64,000 bases of DNA from Guillardia theta CCMP2712 (taxonomy: Eukaryota > Protista > Cryptophyta): positions 364,404-428,403 of the forward strand of contig NW_005434614.1 in NCBI RefSeq assembly GCF_000315625.1. The letters run 5' to 3'. Position 1 is the stretch's first letter, and each line of letters begins with the position of its first letter. Both the position numbers and the translations under genes were made by a program. The notes below the pieces were generated by a model, which worked only from the letters and a program-made list of their open reading frames with translations, was not told the DNA's origin and made no database searches. Shown piece after piece: positions 50,798 to 64,000 of this stretch.

Positions 50798-51302
50798 GAT
50801 TACGACACAGACTGCTGTTGAAGGAGGGAAAGGAGGAACGAAAATAGAGCGAGCGAGATGGGGAAGACAGTCAGAGGAGAAGACGAGAAGACGAGAAGAG
50901 AATGAGTGGAGTGAGGAGGAGCGGAGAAGTTGCTGTGTGGCGGGAGAGCAGCTGGCAGCTTCAAGAGTTGGAGGGCAGGAGGGGCGATTTGCTCGGTTTA
51001 GCTGACATGTCCTGTACCCACCCATCATTACCACTCATCCAAACAGTAGAATGGAGGGGTACCTCCTGATAACTGTTGGAATCTCATCCCAATCTCGAAG
51101 TAAGCTCACGGCCTGTAGTAAAGAGTCGAGGACACCAGAGGGACCGACGGTGACCCTACCCTACCAGCTCCCTGCAGGTCGGACCCGTAGCTGGACTTGA
51201 CCGCTACAGGTGCTCCGTCCGGACTCCCCGGAGCTCCGGGAGTCCGCGGCACGGCGCGGTTGACTGAGGGCTCGTAAAGGGACTCAGCTAAAGGAGTCAG
51301 TG

Positions 51303-51584
51303 AAGGGGCTGGTAAACTCTTTTACTCAAAGTTAAGTTAAAATCACTACCAGCTGGTGAACTATCGGGTGACAGTGAGTCACTTGGAAGGCTGTCACGGG
51401 CAGTCAGCAAGTTTGGGGACAGCAGTTGGCAGGATTAGGTTTGGTTCTCGCTGTCTTTTCTCTTCTCGCCGTTTGGCCAGTGCGACAGTGTCAGGGTCAA
51501 GCCTCCTCGACTCTCCTGATCATATCGGATTGTCCTCGTACTGATCTTTAACTTAACTTTGAGTAAAGAAAGTCAGCACCCCCT
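51303..51584. mobile_element. MITE-like element with ~45 bp imperfect TIRs
   Basis: aaggggctg..tttactcaaagttaagttaaa versus tttaacttaactttgagtaaa..cagcaccccctt. Confidence 0.75.
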
Positions 51585-52228
51585 TGCCAAGTTGCATCTG
51601 AGTACGGTCCGCAAGCCCGCCTCCGCTACTGGGGCAGTCACGGCGCTGTATCGCCACTCGGCGGAGGCTCGGCCCGGCTGGGACCCCGGCCCGGGGCGTC
51701 CGGGTGACTGCGGCGTCACGGCCAGTCCGGGTTGAACTTGCTTCGGAACGACCGTGACTCTCACTAGCCGCGGGACTCGAAGTGCGGATCGCAACATTGT
51801 GATGCAGGAAGTTCAATCATGTCAAGACAGGCTCTTCACCGTCAGACAGGATGTTCATTTCGATTCCAAAATTACATCCGAGTGAGGCTGTCACTGCATG
51901 ACTTGATCAAGGTTGGAGTTGAGTCCACACAGCGCAACACACTGACAGCGCTACGGTAGGCCGCGTGTTGGATTCTGACAACAAGAAGATCATAGTACAG
52001 GGTGATTGTTGGCCGTTTGATATCATTCAAACTCTATTTATACACCTCTTATCAAGTTTCAGATCGTCTCTTATTCTGAAACGACAATCATATGCTCATT
52101 GAATATAATACAAAGATAAGAAAAACAAACTACGTTTCTTTACCATGCTGGACTTTCGTCATTGCTACTTTTTTCTATCCCTTTGGCAAAGTGGGTACAA
52201 CAAGAATGCATTCAGTACATTTGGAATC

Positions 52229-52402
52229 CTATGACCAAGTGACCTTTGTTCTCGCGTTCAAGATATTTCCCAAACACTCCTTGCCGTCGCTCGTGATTCG
52301 GATACCGTGTTGGCCGGCTTGACAACTCCTTCTGTGAAATGAGACTTTCTGAGACTCGATTATCCTCACGGTGCGTAGAAGAGCAACGTCGTTACGAGAC
52401 AT
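52229..52402 (-). CDS. Small hypothetical protein (paralogue B); 3' end uncertain
   Basis: RTVRIIE..GIRITSDGKECLGNILNAR. Confidence 0.5.
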   Translation of the reverse strand: MSRNDVALLRTVRIIESQKVSFHRRSCQAGQHGIRITSDGKECLGNILNARTKVTWS

Positions 52403-53466
52403 TGTGTTCACAAAGATTCAGGAAGTATGCGAGATGCTTGGTCCTACTAGAGGACTGATTGAAACCGATGCAGAGTAAGGATTGAACCAATGGTTCCAAG
52501 ACGAAGGTGGCTAGTGCACGAAGAGATTGGCTTGCTATAGGATGCGTGTGAAGCTTTCAAGAACTTCTACTCCGAGGAAGATGAAAAAGCGAGGGCAGGT
52601 TCAATGTAATCAAGGCAAGTTGCCTGCTGGACCGGGAGGACCCCTGGCCAGGGAGGACCACCCACTATACTACCGTACTGTACCCCACTTCATTGACTAC
52701 TGGGTGGGGGTGATCATTTATGCAACTCGCTACAGTACCGAGCCGTGCAGCAAAGTCGGTTAGACTTATTTACTACAGAGACACTGTCAGCAACCGACTC
52801 AGTGAATCGGATAAACCTCTTCCGGCGGATCATGACATTACGCCGCGTGTCGCACTACGGTTTAGCCTCGTCTTCTTCACTCAAAATTAAGTTAAAATTC
52901 TATACGAGGACAATCGGATGATGCCGCGCCGGGCCCACCGGGCCTGCCAGCCTGAGCCTGAGTACTACTACTACCGAAAGTTCGGACAGGCTCCGGGACT
53001 CGGAGCCTGGTCGGACTCCGGCGGGCCACCAGAAGTTGACCGGGGGGCCCTGATCGGACCGTGAGTCACTGCCTGCCGCCGCCGCGCCGATCACTGTCGG
53101 TCGGAACTTCGGAAGTTCACAACGAGCATCACTGGGGCCTTTGCCAACCGTTGAACCCATCCCGGCACAATTATGCCCAATGCCCTCAGTCACGTTTGAC
53201 AGTCACGGACGCGCCGCCCGCGGCCGGCTCAGGGGCGGCGGGCCGGGGGGCGGACTGACGCTGAGTGACTCTGTTGCAAGCCTAAGTAGGAGGCTGACTC
53301 GAGACCGGGCCGCAGTGCCACTCCGAGTGAGTTCCGGGCTCCCAGGCTCGGCGGAGCCTCGGACCGCCGGGCCGGGCTACCGTGCCGTTTTACTACCGGT
53401 TAGTCAAAGGCAGTCAAAGTTTTTTTACGGTCAATTTTTTTTTACAACCGTCGAGGCTTTTCAAGA

Positions 53467-56400
53467 TGACGGACTCAGTAATGCTGGGGTTGCAGGAGGA
53501 GCCTGGAGAGGGGGGAGGAGGCGCCGCGATGAGCGACGCGTCAGAATGCGAGGAGGCAGAGAAGAGTCTGCACCAGATCCTCTCGGCGCTATCAACTTCC
53601 ATAACAGAGAAACGATCGTTGCAGGAAGCGAAAGTGAAGATGGAAGGGGCCCTTGCGGAGCATCAGAAGAGTTTGCTGCGACTGAGAGAAGCTGACGGAA
53701 GAAGGGGCATGGAGCTCGAGGCGCTCAAATCTGCCATGGAAGTTCTGAAGAAGAAGTCCAGCGAGCGGGAGGATGCGTTGCTGAAGGAGATGGAAGAGAT
53801 GAGAAGGCGGCATGGCGAGGACATCGATAGAATCAGCCAGTCAAAGTCACATGCGATCGAGGATATCGAGAGGAGTTACAGTGAGGCGTTGCGGACGGCG
53901 CAGGGGAGAACTCAGGAGGTCCGAGAGGCAGAGAGAGAAGCAGCCGAGAAAGCGACCCGACTGGATCGAGAGGTGGAGGGACTGAGAGTAAGTACATGAC
54001 GTTGACTTGTGGCGAGGCTGACATGGGTTGTGATCAAGGCACAACTACGCCAATGTGAGAACGAGCGAAACTACCAGGCGTCCTGTCTCGAAGAGGAGAG
54101 AAAGAGTTTCAACAGATTCCGGGAGGAGGCACAACGCAAGAAGGCTGAACTTGAACGCAGAGTCCTCGAGCTGGAAACCAAAGACTCTGAGCTCCAGAGC
54201 AAGAACAGGACCTTGCAGCTAGATCTTCAAGCGGAGAGGACAGAGAGGGAGAGGCTCGTCCAGTCTCTGAGGGAGGAGATCCAATCCCTCACGGAGTCAA
54301 GGGAGAAAGCGCGGAAAGAAGCAGGTAAGCAGTCATGAGGGGCTTCTCGGCATGACATGTGCTCTCAGGACACGCCTTTCGTTCCACAGAGCATGCAAAC
54401 GAGGAGAGCATGCAGGCCAAGGCTCATGCAGCCCAGCTGACAGAGACCGTGAAGCGCCTGCAGACGTCTCTCGCTCAGGTGGGAGGCGAGCTGGAGGGTG
54501 TCAAGGCAGCCAAGTCGCAGCTGGAGAGGGAGCGCCAGTCCGAGATGGAAAGCCTGGAGGAGCTGAGAAGGTAAAGAGGCTCCTTTTGGGCCCTTGCTGA
54601 CTGACGAACATGCAGAGCGCTGAGCCTTCGGCAACAAGACCTCAAGGACAAGCGACTGCGAGCCCTCGACCGCCTTGTCTCCTTCAGGAAAGGAGCTTCC
54701 CCAGCACAAGGGGAGGAGAACCGGCCTGTCAACGGCAGGGATTCGCCTGCTGGTCTGCCTCAGAGTCCAAAAGAGGGCAACGAGGCCGCAAGAGAGGCTC
54801 GCTATCAGCTCTCCCAGATTCCCAAGTTCGTCCCGAGTCAACGCCCTGAGACTTCAGACGAGGAGGAGGCGGAGAGTAAATCAGGACAGGACGGGAGCTC
54901 CACACACGAAGAGCCCCTGTCAGCAAGACCAGTCCCGTCCGACACGTCGCCGTCTCCTCCTCGTCTTGAGCAGCGATGGAACGAGGAGAGGATCGCAACT
55001 TTGGGGAGGAGAGAGGTCCGGGGGCTGACAGAGGTGTATGTGGTGTCAGCAAGGAACCTCCCAGAGAGGTTCAACGAGGTCAGTTCGCCTCCTGCTCCTT
55101 TTGCAGTGACCGCAATGGCAGAACATCGCGGTCGAGGTCAACTTGCAGGGACAGATGGCCCGCACAAGGTGCCCCCCTCCTCCCTGCCTTTCCCCTTCCC
55201 CTTCCCCTTCCCCTTCCCCTTCCCCTTCCCCGTCCCCTCCCTCCTTCAACTCTTCTTCTCCATGCTTCTCTCCTGCCTCCTGCCCCCCCATCTCTCACAT
55301 ACTCCCTCTTTGCTGCGTTCATCTCCTGCAGGTCTCTGTGCTGACGTCACTCAGGGCAAGCGTGGCGGGCAAGCTAGAGTGGCATGCTCACTTCAGACTT
55401 CCTTCCGAAGACCCGAATAAGGTAGAGGAACAGGGGAGGGGGGAAGGAGGAAAAGGGAGGAAGAGAAGAAGGAATGCTTTGGAGGAGGAGGCGGAGAATG
55501 ATTAGGTGGTGGAGAGAGGAGGGAGGAGGGAGGAGGGAGGAGGGAGGAGGGAAGAGGGAGGAGGGAAGAGGGAAGAGAGAGGAGAGAGGAGGGGAATCTT
55601 CGTTGAACTTGACGAGCACGATGGGCAGGACCTCGTTCTCTTTGACCTCATCAAAACTTCTCGTGAGTTCTCCTCCTCGTCCTTCGTTGCAACCCTCAAA
55701 CTCTCCCTTGTCTTGACCCCTCCCCCAGCACACCATTCTTTCTTCGCACCTCCTCTCCCCTCCCCCCTTCACCATTCTCATCCTCCATACCACCTTCTTC
55801 TCATCCTCTGCCTCTTCCTGCATCCATTCTGTCCGCTAACTCTCTTCCTTCAGGGAGGGAGCTGATCGGACGAGTTGCCATCCCTCTCAATGTATGTTCT
55901 TCTCCTCCTCCTCCTCCTCCCTCCTGAACTGTCGCAGCGGGTGGTCAGGAAGGGACGAGAGGCCGGCTGGTACGAGCTGAGAAACCAGAGTGGCCACCTT
56001 GTCAAATCGGAATCAGGTCAGCTCCGTTCCAGCTGGAGATGTTTGACACGTCAGCAGGGGAGGCGGCGATGCTTCAGATCGGATGTGCCGTGGTAACGGT
56101 GCATGAGGGAGCGACGAAGCCCTTCTACAGGGATCAAGTCTGGCTGCCCAGCAGAGGGGTTAGCTGCTCGCCTTGCCTTCCCCTGCCCCTTCTTTTCACC
56201 TCTCTGTTTCCTGTTCCTCCTTTCTCTTGCCCACCAAAAAACATTTTCGTCTTGTCCTCTCCTCTCCTCTCCTCTCCTCTCCTCTCCTCTCCTCTCCTCT
56301 CCTCTCCTCTCCTCTCCTCTCCTCTCCTCTCCTCTCCTCTCCTCTCCTCTCGAACGATCTAACTTGCTCACCAGACCTCCTCCCCCACCTCCGCCTCCTC

Positions 56401-56859
56401 GGGCTCTTGGAAGACGGGCTTCATCATCTTCGATCCCTACAGTCAAGTTTGCGCCTCCTTCTCACCTTCTCCAGCTTGACCCTTGAAAAGGCCTTGCACA
56501 TATCGTCTGTTGAGATTGAAGAATTTCCTCCCTTCGTTGCAGGTAGCAGGAGGAGGCAGGGGGAGGAGGTTGAGTGTTAGGAAGTGAGGAGATGAAGTGG
56601 AGGGGAGGAGGAGCAACTCTGACCGGTTTCCTACACAGGAGACGAGCGCTGCCTGCTCATCCGATCGTCAAAGTTGGCAGTGAATCCTCAGGTCCCTCCT
56701 TTCCTCCTCATTCCTCGTCCTGCTCCCTTCCTGCTCCTCCTCCTGGACTCCCTCCTCCCCCACCCCTTGGCTCTTCTCATCGCGTCCATTTGTGCAGGAC
56801 CGGAGGACCATCCTCCTTTTGAGCTCTGATGACGATCAGCGACAAGGTCAAGCATGAGT

Positions 56860-56952
<93 letters not shown>

Positions 56953-57141
56953 CCCTCGTCTTCTTCGTCCACCCTTGATGTTACTCGCGTCTCCTGCCAC
57001 TCACAAGCGAGCGTCTCTTGCAGTGCTCTGCCCCCGCAGTGACAGCCTAGCACGTGAGTGGATCAGACTCTTCTGCGAAGGTAGAGCCCGTCTCCTGCCT
57101 GCCTGCCTGCCTGCCTGCCTGCGTGCCTGCCTGCCTGCGTG

Positions 57142-57172
<31 letters not shown>

Positions 57173-57318
57173 TCTTTTCCCCCTTCATTGCTCCTCGTAC
57201 TGCTCTTCTGTACTTTCACCCGTCCCTCTTCCTTCTGCCTCCTCCTCCTCTTGCCCTGGCTCTCGCTCATGGCTGTGGTGCAGCGGGAGCAGCAGAGCTC
57301 GCTGACTGGGATAGTTTG
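53467..57318 (+). CDS. Coiled-coil protein with C2 domain; multi-exon, 3' end approximate
   Basis: Long heptad exons at 53467-54870, then EVYVVSARNLP, KLEWHAHFRL, LIGRVAIPL, WYELRN. Confidence 0.7.
56256..56351. repeat. (CTCCT)n microsatellite; (CTCGTC)n at ~56863-56960 and (CCTG)n at ~57094-57172 lie nearby
   Basis: Visible directly; intronic. Confidence 0.95.
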
Positions 57319-57479
57319 ATGGGAGGGCGGGAAGATGTCGATCGTTCCGTTCCGATCAGAAGAAGAGAGCTGTGATGTAGAGGAGGCAAGGCACGAGACG
57401 CAGGGAGGAGGGGCAAGAGTGAATGTAAGAGGGGAAGGAAGGAGAGCAGGAGGGAGGAGAACGTTCAGGTCAGGTCTCC

Positions 57480-59453
57480 TCAGTCATCGTGAATGTACGG
57501 GTAACTTCGCAACCGCAAAATCTCCTGCTCCTCCTGCTCCTCCTGCTGAGCTCCGACCCCAGCAGGAGGGTGAGCCGAGCTGAAGCACTCTCGGCAGAAG
57601 AATCCTGCCGGGCTTGTCAAACATGTCAGAAGTCTCTTCCCAGCTGAGCTCCACCTGGGGTCTCCTTGCTCATTCTGTCGGCGTATGTGACGATCCCAGC
57701 AGTCCGCTTGTCACAAGTTTGACATCTGCGGGCAAACGGCCTTGTCCTCCACACCTCCCTCGGGAACTTCTCTGGAGCACTTGACGTGTCACGTCGGGTT
57801 AGCAGCCCCCCTACCCCCTTGCTCACCCCGATCTGAAGGCGAGACCCACCTGCCCTCCAGCTGCGAGAACGTGATCTGCCGGGGTTGTCAGCAGCTGGGG
57901 AGCTCAGACTCTAGAGCTTACCGCGTGCTCGCAGCGCCCTCCATGGCAGAAGAGGTACTTCCTGCCTACGGCGACGCTGAGGGAGGAGAACTGAGTTCTG
58001 TCCAGCTCTGCGACCCTGACAGCTCGGCGTTGCTTGCAACTTGTCAGAGCGATGAGAGACGACCTGTCAGCTCACCCTGTGCTTAACCTCGTCCACAAAC
58101 TTGTGCAGGATGCGGGAGGTGAAGTCCTGGTGGGCGGGTTGACGAGAATCCACGTAGAAGACGTCTTCCACGAAGACGAAAGAGGGGAGCTTTCTACTGT
58201 CTGCAGCCCCCAGGGGACGAGGAGGATGTAAGGACGCGATTCGTAGCATGATTGTTGCAAGGTGGGTGGAAAGAGCAGAGAGAGACATGGGAGAAGAGGA
58301 GACGGGAAGAGAGCGAGAGCAAAGGAGAGTGCGGAACAAGAAAGAGGGAGAAGGAGGGAGCGAAGAAGAGAGAGGGAGAAGGAGGGAGCGAAGAAGAGAA
58401 AGGGAGAAGGAGTGAGCGAAGAAGAGAGAGAGGGGAGCGAGGGAGAAGTATGTGGTAGATGGGAGGGAGGACAAGGGGACAGGGCAAACAGGGGGCACCT
58501 TCATCCTCCATAGTAGCTGTTAGACACCATCCTTCGGTCTTCGAGATCTGATCTAGAGGAGGAGGAGGAAGAGGAGGGGGGGAGCATGGAGAGAGGCAAG
58601 GAGAGGAGGCGAGAGAGAGAGTGAGAGAGTGAGAGAGTGAAGACGAGAGTTTGATGTCGGCATGTTCTCACCGATCAGTTGTGACATGGGCTGCGAACCT
58701 AGCACCTCGTACTCCAACACCTGACGAGCGAGCTGTCACTTCTCTTCCTGCCTTCCCCTCCCTTCGCAAGCTACCTTGAGGTCCTTGTTCCGATGATCGA
58801 TCTGAACGGTGATCACCGTTTCGTTGCAGGCATGCGGCACCTCCGTCGGCTCTCCAGCAGAGGCAACATGCTGCTCGCTAGTTCTCGCAGACGTCAGGGC
58901 AAAGTTCTTGGGCTTGTAGTACCGCAGACGCTGCCTGAAGACGACCGTCAGCCAGCTCCACAGCTACCTGCGGCCTCCAGCCTCTCCCCTCCCTAACTCT
59001 CTCAATTGCTCGTCCTCGCTACGTTCTCCTCCTCTACTGTGGCTCCTTCCTTCTACAATATATCTCCACCAGATTCATCTCTCCTAACCTCTTCTGTTTC
59101 GGCCCCTTCGGCGTTGCTGGGCTGGGAGGAGCAGGGGAGGACATCGCAGTCCCGTCGACGCGTCTTTGCGTTGTACCCCTCGCCGTCTCATCCTCCACAT
59201 CCTCAGCAGTCTGTGCGCTCTCCCCCTCGCCAGGGCTTCCATGCGCAGGGTCTGTGGAGAACGAGTTAGATAAGTGTGAACGCAACTTTTTTCACAACAT
59301 GACTTGTCACCTTTGTGACTGTCTGTCCAGAGGTCATCTGTTGCCAGTATACCCTTGTCATCCAGGGTGCTAGCATAAAAGTTCGCCTGCTGCAGAACAG
59401 AGCGAGCGAGCTCCTGGAAGCTTCTCAAACGTCAGACGGCCTTTCACTGCCAT
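57480..59453 (-). CDS. SNAPC3: snRNA-activating protein complex subunit 3 (SNAP50); multi-exon, start uncertain
   Basis: EYEVLGSQPMSQL; FVFVEDVFYVDSR..DFTSRI; FSSLSVAVGRKYLFCHGGRCEH; RRCQTC..FFCRECF; YPYIHD. Confidence 0.88.
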
Positions 59454-59940
59454 GATCGTTGGCTCACCGATCAATCGGCACCGGCTGCCATGGCCACATG
59501 AACCTAAGACAGTGAGATAAGGGACACGGAGATTCACAATCACTACTGAGCCCATCCTCGCTCCGTCCCTCCGTCCCTCCCTCGCTCCTTCGCTCGCTCC
59601 TTCGCTCGCTCCCTCGCTCCCCCTTTGCCTCCCTCATTGCCTCCCTCCTGTTCGCCCGCCTGTCTCATCTCCATCCTCCTACCTCCCTTCCCTCTTCCTA
59701 CAGGGTGCCCATCCTCCATTTCCCGAATCTCATCGCCCTCATACGATACTCAGTCGGATTTCTGATGGCCGGGCCCGCTGCCATCGCCGGGAAAACGGTC
59801 GCCGGGCCCGGCCGGGTCACCGGGTGTTAAACTGGGGGACGGAGGGGGTAGGGTGGGTCCAGGAATGAGGGTGGGGTTGAGACGACTCGGATATCCGAGG
59901 TTGACAGATGTCATGGTGGAGGGACGACGGAACAGGGATC

Positions 59941-62900
59941 ATGAAGGGAGAGGTGATGGTGAGGAGGGAGAACGACAACAAGACATGGAGCAAGAAAGTG
60001 AAGCAGGATGCGACATGCTGGCAGAACTTGATGAGGGGAGAGCCTTCCTCTTGCCGACAGCACTCTGCCGAGAATGGACTGACGGACAAAGCACGGCATG
60101 GCTCGGCAGCCATGGAGAGAGCGAGTGCAGCTGATCTGAGCCCCTCGAGTGCAGGACAGATCGATCATGTTGTTGAGGGGCGTGAGAGGAGGGAAAGTCA
60201 TAACGCTCTCCATCGCAACCCATCAACGACAGGTACAGAACCTGTTCCAATGTCGACCTGGCCGTCGAGGACATGGCGGAGGGTCTTTCACTCTCAACAA
60301 ACCGTGGATAGATATGAAGCTTTCCTCACCTGCCAGAACTTGACCATTCACCCGAACGGCAACAGCAGATGGAGGACCTCAGTCAAGCACGTTATCCCAA
60401 TCTCGACCATTCAGAGCGTCTGGACGTCAGACTCGGTGTTCTATCACCACCTACACGGCAAACAGCATCACGATATCAACATGCCTGTGGAAGAAAACGT
60501 TTTCATCTTGTTCATGGCAGAACATGTGGGCAATGTGTTGTGCCGGGTGGATGTGATGATCTGACATGAGTCGAGCAGCTCTATGGTGACAACTATGGCA
60601 TCCGACCGCGTCAGATTGTGACAGTAACATGCAACAACGTGGCTCACCATCGAATGTTCTCTCGTCCTGTGCTGACACGTGAGACAGGATGAGGACGCTG
60701 AGCGTTGGAGCGGCGCGATCAGGAGGCTCATGGAGAGACAAGAGTCGTTACCTCGACCCACTGGCGCCCTGAGGTTCTGGCAGAACCGGGTGAGAATCTT
60801 GGAGCTCTTGACTGTCATTCGATCTCACTGAGACATGTCTTGACTGCCAGTGCTGGGAGTACTACAACGGGTTCTCGAGGAGATGGCTCAACTGCGCCGT
60901 GCTCATAACTTACTTTGCTGGCAATGTAGTCGAAGTTGTCTTTCTTTCCTACTTTCAGACCCCCGAAGAAATCCAACGGACGTTCACTCAAATCTACATC
61001 GCTTTCTCCGTCTTCTTTACCTTCGACGTCTGCACATCGTTATATAGCTGCATGGACTGTCATAGAGTCTTCATCTACCTGTCTGGTAAGTCCTTCAGCC
61101 CCTTCTTGTCTGAGAGTTCCTTGCTATGCTGCGTGATAGGCGATGGAGGAACCCTTCTAGACGCTGACTGCTTGCCTGTGCTGCCTTGCAGACTTTTGGA
61201 ACGTGTTTGATATCGTCATGGTACCTGCTCCTCCTTCTCCGCCGCCTCCCCCCTCCCCTCCCCCCTCCCCTTCCTCTATCATTGCTGACTTTCGCTACAT
61301 TCACCTCTGCTCTTCTGTCCCCACTTTGCTTCCCACCTCTCCGTTGAACCTCTTCAGGTCTCATTGAGCTGGGCATCCATCAACTACGTCACTGCCTCTT
61401 CCTCCTCCAACTTCTGGACGGCCATGCCTCTCATCAGAACAATCCGGCTGCTCAAGATGGTCGACGTCTACCGGGGGTTCGGCTACATCGTACACGCGAT
61501 CCGCATGGCCGTGCCGGAGATGGGCAGTACCTTGCTCGTGACTGTCATGGTGTACGGTATCTTCGCCATCCTCGTGGTGAGAAGGGGAAAGGGAAGGGGG
61601 AGGGGGAAGGGGAGGGGAAGGGAAAGGGAGGATATGAAGTGATATCTTGCTCTGTGATTCTCAGGTGAATCTGTTTGCTGCTGACTCGCCACGTTTGGAG
61701 GTTCATCGCTACCATCTTCCTCCTTTTGCTCCTTGTTCCGCGTCCTTTTTGCCGGCTTATTTGTCCTGCTTCTCCTCTCGTTAATTTTCCATTCAGCTGT
61801 TGTTCTATGATTGTTCTTGAATTTGCCCCCACATTCATCATATGTCCTTGATAGTTTGCCGTTACCAAGTCACTGGTTTACATTGCAGACCTTTAGCGAA
61901 GCTCTCTTCACGCTTTTCCAAGTTTGTCGTTTCATTGTCTTGCGATAGTTTATGACATCTCAATCTTCCTACTGTTTTCCCTCGTCCTCTCTCCTCTTCT
62001 CCCATCTCCTCTCCCTTGATCTTGACTCCGCTGTCTTTCCTCATGTCCTATATACTCGCCCTGTTTGTTTCTGTTTCCGCCGCTTTCGTCTCGTTTCCCT
62101 TCCCACAGATCAGTACCTTTGATGACTGGACAAGTATTGTGCGGGAAGTGGAGGACAATGGAGGAAACTCTGCACTTGCAAAAGTACTCTTCATCTTGTT
62201 CCAGGCAAGTACGTCTATACATTTGTTCCCTCATTCAGTAACATGGTCTTTGCAGTTGATCATAGCTTTTACCCTCCTCAGCCTCGTTGTAAGCATGTGA
62301 GGTACAAGTCTCAAAGATGCTAATGTTCGACCAGAGCGCTGTCTTGATCAACAACTTCCTGCTGTTCAAAGGAAGAATGGCGCAGGAGTCTTGTGCTTCA
62401 GACTCAAAGTACATCGATCTACAACATGTTGCTAAGAATCCCCTCTACCAAGTATCGCTAAAGATCATCCAGGAGGACGTGGTTGGAGACCAGGTAGCTC
62501 CCTGCCTTGCTCCAGTTTCTCCTTCTCTCTTCTCTCCTTCCCTCCTCAGCAGCTCCCGCCCCTCCTCTAGTCTCTCCTTCTCTCTTCTCTCCTTCTCTGC
62601 TCAACTCTCCTGAGCCTTGTCTCCCCCAGAGCCGCCTCACTCGCATGGCGCAACTGATCTCGGACATGTGGGAGGCGCTGCGAGCGGAGGACAAGCACTG
62701 GCTGACCTACGAGGAGCTGAAAGAGAGGATGAAGCAGCTGGACTTTTCGCCTCCTGTGGTCATACCAAGGTCCCTTCCTCCCTCCTTCAGTACCTTCTTC
62801 TCCTCCTCAGGACGTGAGGACATCATTGACGTGAGGGGGTTCGAGCTTCTCATCAGATTCGCATGCACGACAAGCGAGGTCCACAGGATCAACGAATTCT

Positions 62901-63523
62901 GCAGCAGGTAAACGACTTGCTGTCAGCCTCTCCCCCCCCCCCCTCGCCTCAACTTTCATCGTGTCCTGCTCCGTTGTTCACTTTGTCAAGCTGTTCCAAC
63001 CTTCCTGAAAGGTCCTTGGGGTCTACAAGTTTGAAAATTTGCTACCTCTCCTCCTCTCCTCTCTCCTCTCTCCTCCTCTCCTCCTCTCCTCTCTCCTCCT
63101 CTCCTCCTCGCTCCCGTCTCCTGTCTCATCTCTATGTTCATCTACGTACCGTGATCTCATTCCTGGCCTCGATCGCTGACATGTTATTTTCTCCTCTCCT
63201 TTGTGAGCAGCAAGGAGAAGTCAGGGGATCTGAACGTCTTCAAGCTCTACTTCCTCCATGCCCTCAATGCCGTGGTCGAGCTTGGAAGCATTGTTAGAAA
63301 TAAGGAGAAGGAGGAGGGGAAGGGGGAGGGAGAGGAGGGGCTGGCAAATCAGATGACAGCACGGGAGCTGGAGCTGAGTGAGAGGGTGCTGGAGGAGCTC
63401 CATCGATGTCAAGGGCACCTTACTGCTGCGCTCTCTTCCTCCAGCAGGTGGCTCAGACCCGTCAGAGCTGTCAAGCAGCAGAACATAACGAGAGGGGGTA
63501 AGGAAAGAGTTTCGAGGAGGTGA
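59941..63523 (+). CDS. Single-domain Nav/Cav-type 6TM channel with N-terminal PH-like domain and C-terminal EF-hand-like region; multi-exon
   Basis: FWNVFDIV (S3), LIRTIRLLKM (S4), TFSEALFTLFQ|ISTFDDWTSIVR (pore), AVLINNF (S6); PH-like VIPISTIQSV..DAERWSGAIRRL; LTYEELKERMK. Confidence 0.85.
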
Positions 63524-64000
63524 GAGGAAAACAGGAGGAAGGCAGGTTTACTGCTGAATCAAGACTGTACAAGACCCCATGAGCTTCTCGGCATGTCTCG
63601 TTTCCTAAGGCATGCGACTCCCTTGCTCGAGCTCAGTCGTCTTTCGTCCTCTTCCTCGCTCAACCAGATGCTGAGGGGCTGAGAGAGGGCAGAGACAGCG
63701 AGTGAGGAAAGACGGCAGAAGATGCACTGTAAGTGCGGAAGGTCCATAAGTGCTGGCACATGAAGAAATGATTATGGCAGCTGTGAGGGACGGGGAGAAG
63801 GAAGGCGGCTGGTAATCAGGTGGGGGGAGGGAGCAGAGAAGAGGTGGGGTGAGTGGTGGAGGGGGGTGAGGGGAGGGGAGGGGAGGGGGAGGGGAGGGGG
63901 AGGGGGAGGGGGAGGGGAGGGGGAGGGGGAGGGAGGAGGAGGGAGGAGGGGGAGGAGGGAGGTAGGCGGGGGAGGGAGGGAGGGAGGTTGGAGGAGTAGG

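Noticed and set aside
63559-63759. 3' exon of a minus-strand gene
   Set aside because: Too short, with no motif.

Overview
Eukaryotic nuclear DNA with many short GT-AG (some GC-AG) introns, long purine/pyrimidine microsatellite tracts, TTTAGGG repeats and a signal+AxA-F presequence. This points to a complex-plastid alga, probably a cryptophyte (inference only). Layout: LysM protein; a four-repeat (4x6TM) channel built from Kv/KCNQ-like units whose GYG filter is replaced by G-E/G-E/G-D/G-E; a ~20 kb nest of retroelements (7.2-27.3 kb) containing two short interstitial telomere tracts, two copia remnants, a GAF pseudogene, an RRM-type LINE-like ORF1, a truncated Ty3/gypsy and a young copia with TG..TA LTRs and a palindrome in place of a PBS. 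After the nest come chorismate mutase/prephenate dehydratase, a G4-rich foldback repeat, a PHOSPHO-like phosphatase, DDAH, ankyrin, PDZ/coiled-coil, He_PIG, two paralogous micro-ORFs, a MITE, a C2/coiled-coil protein, SNAPC3 and a PH + single-domain TFDDW channel. Ends of multi-exon genes were read by eye and are approximate.
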